NCBI GenBank assembly: GCA_012295275.1
Contig: CM022673.1
Coordinates: forward strand, 26,040,001-26,104,000
Reading direction: 5' to 3'
Source: Chrysomallon squamiferum
Taxonomy: Eukaryota; Animalia; Mollusca
Length of the DNA stretch: 64,000 nucleotides
Shown here: piece by piece, positions 13,395 to 24,470 of the stretch
Numbering within the stretch: position 1 is the first letter of the stretch
Layout: the number at the start of each line of letters is the position of its first letter
Notes under the pieces: generated by a model
The model's database searches: none
Seen by the model: the letters and a program-made list of their open reading frames with translations, nothing else
What the model was told of the DNA's origin: nothing
Made by a program: the position numbers and the translations under genes

Positions 13395-14736
13395 CATTAA
13401 ATAAAGGTCCGATAAATTTAGTCATTCAAGTTTCTTAAATCTTTAGTAAACCTAAGAACCACGAATTTCTACTGTAAAATTGTTTTTGCATGTCGTTAAA
13501 TTTATAGTCTTATCACTTTCTGAAGTCTTTAGTAGAACTAAGAAGCAAACCAATCCCCAGTGAGGTCATAACTCAAGAAATGTATCAGCAAATTAAAGCA
13601 GACGATAAGAAATATCGAAGAGATATTATTCCATCGACAGATTAAAAAAAAAAAAAAAAAAAAAAATCTTCCCGAGAATCTATTACTTATATGAAAATAC
13701 TTTTCTTCTTCTTCTTTTTAAATAATTAATTTCGATAAGTAAAAGAAAAGGCAATGCGACTGTATATATCAAAAAAAATAAAAAGGTCTACTGAGTAACT
13801 TCTTAAAAACGTGGATATCTGCGGAGAGAATTGAGAGAAACAATCGTAAATTACTTAACCTGGGAGCTGCTTTTTCACGAAAGTGAGGACAGCTATATAT
13901 ATTATCGTGATGTTTATTATTACACTGATGTAGTCACCTGATTTGCAGTGACACATTTAATTTCGCAAACCTTGGTAATGGTGTAGACTATTTATCTTTT
14001 CACAAAACTCCATCCGTGTCAAGTAATGACTATAATATCATAATATATTTATTTATTTATTTTATTATAATATACAGAGTTCTTACTTGTATCACTCTAA
14101 ATAGGATTTCGGTGTAAATCGGTCAGCTCCGGTTAATTATTTATGAATAAACTCGGATGCAAATTCAATAGCAAAAAATAGCTGATGTAATAAATACAGC
14201 TTCTGTGCTTTGAAACATGATGTCACATTATCAAAACATTTAAAAGGCTTTTGGAACAGCAACGTAGTTGCCATTTAATTTGTATCCTAAAGTATTTTCA
14301 AATAATAGACTTCTTTTAAGCTTTAATAAATAATGATTTACGTCAATTGTGCCACTATATCAGTTTAATTTTTAATGTACTGGCTTCGTAACTAAGTAGG
14401 TTCATTTCAGCGGTTCTTGTTAAAATAGTATTAGCATAAATATGCTCCAAACGATTGCGTTCTCACGCTTAACTTGAAAGGTGGAGCAATTATAAAACAC
14501 AGTTAACAATACCGGAAAGTTGCATTACCAGTCAATTAAAAGAACACTTAAAAAAGAAACTAAAAAAAAAAAACGTTACATTTTGTTATTATATTCGTTT
14601 TCTTTAAAGTAGCATATAGCATAAAATAATGAATAATCTACATTTTGTGCAGTCTGCCACATTCTGTTCAGACCTATTTAAAATGAAGGCAGGAAGAATT
14701 GTTGAATGAAAAATGTACTCAAGAAACGTTTAACCA

Positions 14737-14767
14737 TTATGAGATAGTCGTTGCGATATCTAGTGCA

Positions 14768-14828
<61 letters not shown>

Positions 14829-14905
14829 TTATGTGTATCATTATGAGATAGTCGTTGCGATATGTGTGCAGATATATATATATATATATACATTTATGTA
14901 TATCT
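14737..14905. repeat. local tandem duplication containing (TA)n
   Basis: ttatgagatagtcgttgcgatat..gtgcaga(TA)n catttatgt occurs twice in tandem. Confidence 0.8.
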
Positions 14906-15129
14906 GTGTGCGTGTGTGTATGCGTGTGTGTGTGTGTGTTATTTATATTAATAGTTGTTATCAGTCAGCCATATAATTATATATATATATGTATGTATGT
15001 ATGTATATGGTCTATTTGGAAGTTTTTGTCTTCATGGATTCTGAAAAAAGCCTCACGAGGTCAGTTTAGTTTATAACAGTTTCTTTTAGGAGACGGAATT
15101 CATTCTTCGGTTGATATATAATATTTAGT

Positions 15130-15660
15130 GTCCCTGTAAACGTGTTACTTCACGAGTGATAGCCTCGCCTCTGAACGGCTAGGGCCACGTGCGAGTCGTC
15201 AACGGCAACAGCTCGTGAATAAAATACCGAACTGACGAATATTCATCGTATTTCGGAACCGCTAATGAAGGTTTACGAAAACGCGGTTCGTTTCTTACGT
15301 TCTTGTCAACGTCAGCTGCAACAGCAACATTCAGCATACACGGTTACATAAAAAAAAAAAGAACAAATGTTTAAAATCGCATTAAGACATGTTTAGCCAG
15401 ACGTAAATGAAAAATGGCGGCAGAGAGAACGTCGTCCTAATAGAATGTAAATAAAATAATGTGGCGTGATCTGAATCATTGTTACAGTTTCAACAAACAC
15501 ACCTCCGAACATACACACACACGCGCTCGTGTCCAGTATTTAATGAGAATGAAGGATGGCGTTAATGAACGCGTGTGTCGCTTCGTTTTTCATTTAGGTT
15601 ACAATGACCGCGAATAATGAAATTGTCAAACGATAAAGATTTGTTTTGTCGGCGTATATC
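15130..15660. promoter_or_regulatory. CpG-rich island with a YY1 motif, putative regulatory element
   Basis: High CpG density; AAAATGGCGGC at ~15411 matches the YY1 consensus. Confidence 0.35.
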
Positions 15661-15842
15661 AACACAGTATTAAAAAGCAACGTTAAAGTAAAATTATTAT
15701 TTTTATTGAATCACTGGGATGGCTCATTTAATGTTCTTGCAAAATCAGCCGAAAAGAGACAATGGTGTTAATTCAGTAAGAAAAAGGTAATGTGAAATAA
15801 GCATCGTCTTGACTGTGTTAAACAGTAATCTTGCTATGCGAT

Positions 15843-16315
15843 GAATGTAGGACAAATGCTCACCGGACAATTGCTCACCAATAAAGTGAGAAATAGGACA
15901 GTTGCTCACCTTTACGATTTTATTAATAAAAAATGTTATTTATTATTTTTGTTAATAAAAAAAAAAAAAAAAAAAATTAATTTTTTTATTTATTATTTTA
16001 TTTATAAAACATTTTATTTATTTTTATTAATGACATTTTTTTTTTTTTTTTTTTTATATTAATAAAAAAAATAATAATTTAATTATTTTATTAATAAGTA
16101 TTAATGCATTTATAATTTTAGGATAACCGCTCAAACATTATTATTGGTTTAGCTAGATAAAACTTTTAGAATTGTATTACTTTTTAGCCTTTAACCACTA
16201 CTCTGGAAGACTATCACTTTGACCAGAACTTAAAATACAATTTTATTTATTATAATAAATAAATAAATAAATAAATAAAAATTAGCAACTGTGGTGAGCG
16301 ATTGTGCATACACCC
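15843..16315. mobile_element. non-autonomous TIR element (MITE) with subterminal repeats
   Basis: Left end tgtaggacaaatgctcacc-ggacaattgctcacc..ggacagttgctcacc. Right end ggtgagcgattgtgcatacaccc is its inverted, slightly diverged counterpart. AT-rich interior; no clear TSD. Confidence 0.6.
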
Positions 16316-16637
16316 TATATATCTGATGGTACGATACAAAAGGCGGAACTTAAAAAAAAACGAAAACAATTACTGCCATTTTAATATGTAGGTTACGGTG
16401 GTGGGGAGAAATTTTTGCAAAAGACTTTACGAAATAACCCAGCACAGTCTAGTGTCAAAACATTATCAGAAATTGTGTTGCCTGTCTTCGATTTTCTAAA
16501 AAATAAAAAATAAAATTAACAAAATATAAAAAATATAAATTTAAAAAATCTGTGCTTTTGCACGGATGCAGATAAACATTGATCTCCTAAACTGAAGTTA
16601 ACTTCTAAATAAAGGTTCACACGCACACGTACACGCA

Positions 16638-16692
<55 letters not shown>

Positions 16693-17164
16693 GATGAAGA
16701 CAAAGTAGGTCTGTATTAGAACGCGCGGTCAGTATATCTAAAGAATTCGTCAAAACGTTTTCAGTATCAGTTAAACAGGAATATTAAAAATTAAAACAAA
16801 GTTATTTACATTTAATAATAAAAACTCTTTTTTGCTGAAACAAGCTAATGGTAAAGACTACAAAGGCACTATAGTTTCTTTAATATCATTGTAGGTTTAT
16901 TTAAGTGAAGATGATAGAAATCGTTTAACAAACTCAGTAAATATCTTTTGTTTCAGTCATTTACAGATATTTTAATAATTTTTATAAAAGGAGTATTTTA
17001 ACATATAATAAAAAGATGATCTGTAATTAAATAACAGCATGTATACATGTTTAATAATTATTTATATTAAGAAAATTTATAATGCAATGGCAATAATCTT
17101 GCATCGATGTTTTAAACAGAACGGTTATCACATATTGTAAAAAATATTTGAAGAAAAGAAATAC

Positions 17165-17199
<35 letters not shown>

Positions 17200-18967
17200 T
17201 TTCGTTTTTGGTTTCTTTTACATCGCGTCCGCTACTTTTTTCTTTTTTTTTTTCTCTTTTTTTTCTTCTTTTTCCTCGCTGTAAAAACGAGGTAAATAAG
17301 GAAACCAAATTAGTTCTCCCTCTTCGTTTACCAGGAGTTAGAATTTGGAAAAGTCAAGACGGACTGAAATATTAAATTTCTGCGTTAGCTTTCTTGAAAA
17401 ACTCTGGAAGAGTATTAAAATAATTATATTTTATTACTTTTTTCAGATTATTTTGTCAACGAGAACAAACAGAAAAAACAAACAAAAGGAAATTAAAGAT
17501 AGAAACAAAAAACAAAAGAAGCAATATAAAAAAATTCAAACAAAAAAGTTGTAAGAAAAAAAATTAAGGAGAAGTAATTAGAAATGAATAAGATACAGGA
17601 AGAAACAAAATTTAAATGTAAAAATTAAATGAATTAAAAACATTTCTAAAATTATTCGTTCTCCTGTTTTCACTACAAAGTTGTTTTTTTTTTATTAAAT
17701 ATTATACACTTAAATGGTTTTTTTTTTTAAATAATTTTGCTTTCGTTCTCTACATGGGTAAAAATTAAATGTTTTCTTTTTAAAAAGATTTTGTTACTTG
17801 CTCTTTGAATTACTTTTTACTAATCACGATTATTTTGTTATATAAATGAAATAAGATCTCAATATACATTAAGCTTATACTGTGACTGTTTCTTTATACT
17901 TGTAAAGTTAGAAGTAGGTTAACTGATATTGATGTTGCTGCAACAATCTTACTACAAATGAGTTTCGTGCAATAATGGTGTATAAAAACATACACACACA
18001 CACACATATAAACACACACAGACATATACACGCACATACTTAGTTATTTTGATTATAGTATAAAACGTTAAAAATCACAATTATTTAATGTACTTATGTT
18101 TCCATAGCAATAGATGAAATTTAAAAAAAAAAAAATGTCACGTTGAAGGAGACCAGCTTCCTTACTTAGGATTAAATTAGAATATGTTTCTATTCATTCA
18201 GACAAAGGAAACAATTTAATATCAGTTCTGTCATAGTAATTTTGAGTACTGGTTTCTGTCACATTTCTAAATAATGCGTTCATAAATAAAGCTTTGTTAA
18301 GAAAGTCGGTCATATCTGAAATAATTTCTTAATTTACAGACTTCATTATTACTTTACTTATTTATTTATTTTAATCAATGAAAAAAAACAGATAAAATTA
18401 ATGACATAATTGTAATTGTAAAGGCTCAGAACAGTAGACTGGTTTTAAAATGGAACATGTTTATCCGTTGATGAAAAAATTATACGTACGACCAATTGGA
18501 AAACCGGTCTATTATCAGCTGCAGTCTGTCGAACAAGCACCGGTTAGGCAGGATACTTTTTAAAAGAAATTATATATGTATTGCTGATCATATAAACAGA
18601 ACTAAACTACCTGCTTGCTCAGTTTAACAGCTGCTTCATAAATGCGCAACTTGTCTCTAATGGGCTCATGCATGTAGCGTATTTTGTGTGTGTGGATGTT
18701 TTTTTCAGTAAATCAAAATGGTTAATTTTCAGAGAAGACAACAATCGTTCTAAATCAGCCATGGTTTTGTCTACACAACTTGGCTAAACTTGTTTCCAGT
18801 ATGTTGTGTAATAGTATTATTTTGTATTTCACACAACGTTTACATCAAATGACAATTTGAGGTAAATATTAGCCACATGTTTCTCTAAATTTCCACAAAA
18901 TAAGAATGATGTTTACAATGATGGATGAATGGTTTGTGTTAACTATTATGGTTTATTGTTATCATCT

Positions 18968-19112
18968 CAATGATCTAAATATTCATTAAAGTTTATAATA
19001 CAGAAAAACATGCATATAATGTAAAGAAACACTGGAAAATGGAAGAAAATAAAACATCTGAGAAAAATGTGAGATTTTATATCTAAAAAGTTTTTTTAAT
19101 TAAAAATATTAT
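18968..19112 (+). repeat. dispersed repeat family A, copy 2
   Basis: Aligns to 4553-4697. Confidence 0.75.
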
Positions 19113-20074
19113 TAATTACTTTTTAAAATTATATACAACTGTTAATGAGAAGAATGAGTACACATTTATTAATTATATGTGTACGCAGTTACATACATAT
19201 CATGTGGGTATATATATTATCTAATGTCAAAGGATGTATGTATGTATGTTAGTATCTCTGTGTGTGTTTGTATGAATATATGAAAGAATGTCAGTAGCTA
19301 AGCAGGAATGTATATATGAATATATACAATGTATGTTGACCACAGTGTCCTTTGATCCAGTCAGTTTTTAAGATAATATGCAATATCTCCACACAAAAAA
19401 ATTCTTAGAAATGCTTGCTTGGAAACATTTCAGATGTTTGCACCTTTTAATGAATTAATTCTTAAAACATTTGGAAACTTGACTTTATATGGGTTCTCAC
19501 AGGAGTATTCACAAAATCTCTCAAACTTTCTCTCTCTATCTAGATTCATCTATCTAGGGAGCTGTTTTCAATATTATCGACTTTCTTTCTTTATTTATAA
19601 CTAATAAAGATGGAGCATTAATGACTTACAACATCTGCTGCAAATGTACAATTGAGATTTGTACATTTTCACATTAAAAACAATGAGAACTGAAAAACAT
19701 CAACAACAAAATCTCCATTAACATTGTAATAGATTTTAATATTTGTGAAATTTGTTCTGGCTAAAACATAAAATGGCATTTGCATTTTTTTTTTAAATGA
19801 TTAAAAAATTAACAGTAGATAAAGGATGTATTCATGTGGATCTCAGAAATTAAAAAAATATTTTCTTTGACTGTCTTACATACTGTGTTCATTTTCAGCA
19901 CATATAATAATACACAGGATCATCATAAAGTCCTTGTGCAATTTCAAACATTTTTATAATGTCTGATCTTTGCATGATGTAACTGAAAATCAGCTACAAA
20001 ATGTATTTCAGAATTTTATCACAATTTGTATTTGTGACAGTGGTCATGTTGAAAATTAAGAATCTCAACAATAA

Positions 20075-20195
20075 TATATATTTAAAAATCTAAAAAATGT
20101 ATTCTCTTATTCTTTTTAATGATCAGTTCTATGATGCACAGATTAGAAATTATAAAAAAGTTAAAATTGCTTAAGATGTTTACTGACTGTACATT
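20075..20195 (+). repeat. dispersed repeat family B, copy 1
   Basis: gatcagttctat.atgca.agat.agaa.ttataaaaa..ttaaaattgc is shared with 38338-38465. Confidence 0.65.
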
Positions 20196-20278
20196 ATTAT
20201 AAAGCACAAATTCATATCAGACTGAGCATTCAGTAATTTTGCAATCACTAACTTGGGCTAAACTGTATTATTATAATA

Positions 20279-20324
<46 letters not shown>

Positions 20325-20443
20325 TAAGATAATGCTAATTCATACTATTTAAATCTTCATAGTTACAAGAAATTTTTTTAAAAACTAAATAATTCCACAA
20401 AGATTCTTAACAAAACATCAGTCATCAACAACAAAATAATAGG

Positions 20444-20485
<42 letters not shown>

Positions 20486-20493
20486 AAAATCTT

Positions 20494-21002
20494 TTATTCA
20501 GATTTGTTCATTTGCTTCTGAATTTTTTCTAACAAATATTCAATCTGGTTTTTCATCACTGGCTGTCCCCTATGAGTCCGTTTACACAATTTCAAGTTTC
20601 TAGACTTTTTCAAGTTATTGTATTTTTCAAGTGCTTGATTAATTTCTTGCTTCTTGGAAATGATTTCCTGAAAACACAAACAGTAACATTAAAGGAAATT
20701 CCCTGGGTTTTTTTTACTGTAATTTGGAGAAAAGAGAAAATTAAAACATCCTTAAAGCAGTAGGTGATAAGTGAATCTCATGGCTAATAGCTGACTTATG
20801 CATTGTGCTTTACTGATTCTATTAAGATTCATCACATATAAGGTAAATATTTGAAACCTTTTTTATCTTATATTTTCAGGTTATAACAAACACAACAGAC
20901 CAAAAAATGAAAGATATACAGGATTCTTCATTATTAATATGCAATCAAAAATATCAAAATGGAAGACTGCTAAAATAAAATGGGAACTGAAATAACTGAG
21001 AA

Positions 21003-21033
<31 letters not shown>

Positions 21034-21034
21034 A

Positions 21035-21091
<57 letters not shown>

Positions 21092-23994
21092 AAATAAAAT
21101 AATAATAATAATACAATAACCAAGAGTAATTGTTTAACTAATCAGTTATTAGTAACAAAAATCAACAGCATAAAATTTTGTATATAATGAAAAATTACTA
21201 TTGGGTGATAATTCAAATTAACCATTATTTTTAATTCAGTTTTTTTTCTTTTTTCTACATTATGTAATATTAATGCGATGCCATTTATGAATTTTTTTTA
21301 AATAATCTAAACAAAGTACATATTTTATTTACTGTACAGGTTAAGTTACTGCAGCTTATGACTTTTAGCATATCAGTGAAACAATCAAACAAAAACTGTA
21401 TTAAAACTACTGTATATACTTGTGTATAAGTCGAATTTTTGGGAGACTATATTAAGGTAATATTTTGGGGGTCGACTTATACATAGGTAATGCTTTTGTA
21501 GCTGTTGCTGAAGAGTCGCCATTTTGACTATTTTTTGCTATGGGATGCATCTAAAATAATCGCGGTCTTTCAGCTTTTCAAAAATATAATTTTATCGTAT
21601 AACAAATTTGGAAAAATTAAATAACAAAACCAAATATTAATGTAAAACATGATATTCTTCCGTTTAATGACATAAAAATACATTTTAAAGCAAGAAAACC
21701 GTCAGTACAGCGTTATGCCTTACGGCATCTTGCAATGATCTAGGAATGCAGACTTCTCTGCCAAACTGCACTAAATATCGGTCCTAATTTCATAAACAAA
21801 ACTCACTTGTGTAATTGTAAAGAATTTGGTGAAATAATATAATATTGCAATCGTCATTAATATCCACTACAAACTAAATTTCTATAAATGTTCTGCAACA
21901 AAAATCAACTTCTCGCCATATTTGTTATTCTAGTCGGTTGCCAAGTGCGCGAAGCCTCGGCCACTTAGCGCGCTAGGAATAGGATCGGGGGCGTGTCTTG
22001 TAGCAGAGTTTCGATAGGAAAAAATATTGCTGAGGTTCCGAAATTATCTTACTTTGAATTGCACGTGCAAGTTATTTTACAGTAGGCGTACAATGTAGGC
22101 CTTCATGGCACTGTCACACTGGTCTAAAAATAGTGATGGTGCCTGGAATCTACAGTCAACTTATACACAAGTAATACCTAAAATGACGCAATTTTTGGTC
22201 TTAAAATACACATCGACTTATACATAAGGTCGCCTTGTACACAAGTATATACGGTATTTCTGTCATTCACACTGCAGTTGATATCAATGACTAAATTACT
22301 AAACGTTTTAATCTAATTCTAGTTTCATTCAGCACTAATATATAAACAATTACACTTATCCTTGGATGAAACATTCACCAGTTTAGGAAGGAATGATATA
22401 TCATATTCTGATCAAGTATATATCTTCTTTTAATAATTTTATCTTGTGAGATATATTCCCACACTCATCTCTAAAATCCTTGCTTAACCCAACATGTATC
22501 TATAATCATCTGAGAGACAGAAATAAACTTTATATTTGCCATATACTAACTAAACTTTAAAGTTTTCACCTATTATTATTAGAAGTAAACAGTAACTGTT
22601 ATACCTTTTTCTTCTTCAGTTCCTCTGTTTTCTGTTTTTCAGATAAACTTTGAGCATGGGTAAATGTGTGTAGCTTGGGAGCCTTTCCTTTGAACTGTGA
22701 TCTGAAGTATTTAAATAAACAAAACAAAATCAGTCACGATATTGATTACAACAATTATTACTTAATTCTCAGTGTTTTATCAAATTCTCAGATTTATGCT
22801 TCTTTTTTTTTCTATTAAAGTTTTTCTCTGGAAAATGTATATACTTCTGATCTGATTACTTAATGATACCATAACACAACAACTGATGAATAAAGATAAA
22901 ATAAAGGACATTATTTGCGATATGAATTTATAAACAACATACCTTTGATTTATATTAATTTCACGTCTCGGTTTGGATGCTTGGATGTGATGAGTAGTTC
23001 TTTCCTCTTTTTTCTTCAGTTTTAAATATTCATACTGTATTTTCTTCTTCCTTTTGTCAGCAAAACCTTGACCTGAAAGAAACAGAAAATGATTAAACAG
23101 GATGTGGAAAATGCTGCCACACCGAGTTATAATAATGATATTTTGACTTAATCATTAGTTAAAGACCTAAAAGGAAAATATTAAAAAATTAGCATAATTA
23201 CATTCTATACCAACAATTTAAAAAGGTATCTAAAAAGAATTAGACACTTCCTGCAGATTTGGAAATGGCTTTGGAAAACTTTATCTTTATTAACATTATC
23301 ATGGGTAATGCTAAATTTGACACTGCAGCCTCCCAGGTTTGGAACATATATCAAGTGGATTTTCAAAGAAGTTTTTGGTTCATTTCTGCAGATTTTATAT
23401 CTCTCTGTCTGTCTTTAGCCTTTCTCCAGCCTTCTTCACCACAGCATTTCACTGAGCATGATAAATCTGCATTTCCAGAAAACGTCTTCATCCAGAGACA
23501 GGTCAACAGTTTCCTCAGAGGCTTACAAACTTCAACTTGTATTTGGACTGTGGTGGTTGAAAACATTCAAAATGCTGGCTCTTAAGCCGCATTCTGCAGT
23601 TACTTTCTGATGAAACGTAAGTGCTGTATGAATGCACAAAGAATACATGTCAAAGAGTACATGAATTTGACTGACCGTCTCGGAAGTGAGAAAGTATTCT
23701 TAGAGGAGGCTTCTAATTTTCCAGTAAAATTGTAAATCCACATGCATTTTCCCTTTTCCATCTTGGTATAATAACAAAAAAGAAAAACACTAGGAATTTA
23801 TTAAGATGCTATACAACAGATAATACTGTATTATGTATAACTGGCTGACAGTAGACTGTAATAATACTGATTAGATTATTACGGAAAAGTAATACTACTA
23901 ATAGCATTGATTACATAAATTGCGTACCTTCAGCCCGACTTCCGATAAATTTTTTATACTCTTCTTTTTTGCTTAATGTTTTATTCTTATTCAT
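20494..23994 (-). CDS. CCDC59: CCDC59 / TTF-1-associated protein 26 (Fyv7-like rRNA-processing protein), 4 coding exons, ~155 aa
   Basis: Exons 23994-23928, 23072-22943, 22701-22605, 20667-20494, all GT-AG and phase-consistent (468 nt). Protein MNKNKTLSKKEEYKKFIGSRAEGQGFADKRKKKIQYEY...KRTHRGQPVMKNQIEYLLEKIQ matches the recalled CCDC59 motifs GS.REGQGFA..RK.KIQ and GQP....Q.EYLL.KIQ. Confidence 0.9.
21410..22254. mobile_element. Tc1/mariner (Tc2/pogo-like) MITE, 845 bp, in CCDC59 intron 3
   Basis: 21-bp TIRs CTGTATATACTTGTGTATAAG and reverse complement CCGTATATACTTGTGTACAAG (2 mismatches). TA TSD at 21408-21409 and 22255-22256. Internal repeats of gtcgacttatac; no transposase ORF. Confidence 0.88.
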
Positions 23995-24049
23995 TCTGAG
24001 TAGACTAGTGATACTGTGATAGTTTCAGTGAAAGCAATATTTAAAATTA

Positions 24050-24470
24050 GTAATGGCTCAATACTCCAAGTTCTTAACTTCTCGACTCGTAGCATCGACT
24101 TATCCGTTATCGTCACTTAAGTTCTTAATAATCAGCTGTCGATGAGTTTTGTCACTCTTTAAAATATTTAACAGATCTATTTATTTGTATCTGTCTTCTG
24201 TTTGTTCATGTCCCTTGAATGCAGAATAATAAAGACAAGCATGTTATCAACATCACGATATTGCGACATGCGGTTTTGTTGTTCTTCCTCCCTCCCGCAT
24301 GACGTTTTTCAGACCGATTCCGCTGTAATTGCTTCGCTACTTTGCCCCCCTGTATTAATAGATATATAGCAGACAAACAGTCTAGATACTTTAATGACGC
24401 CATTGCGATTGTTTTTGTTTAGAGAAGTAATTTGGGAATTTGTTGTCGATTTTTCATGTTAATGTGATGT
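24050..24470. promoter_or_regulatory. putative bidirectional promoter for CCDC59 and ZC3H11A
   Basis: CpG-rich island inside otherwise CpG-poor DNA, between divergently oriented genes; CGCCAT (YY1-core-like) at ~24398. Confidence 0.55.

Noticed and set aside
23259-23585. 108-aa plus-strand ORF antisense within CCDC59 intron 1
   Set aside because: No recognisable motif and no supporting exon chain.
23582-23600. RNase P CR-V-like string GCAGAATGCGGCTTA on the minus strand
   Set aside because: The only candidate P4 partner lies in a CCDC59 coding exon across AT-rich intron, and other conserved regions are missing.
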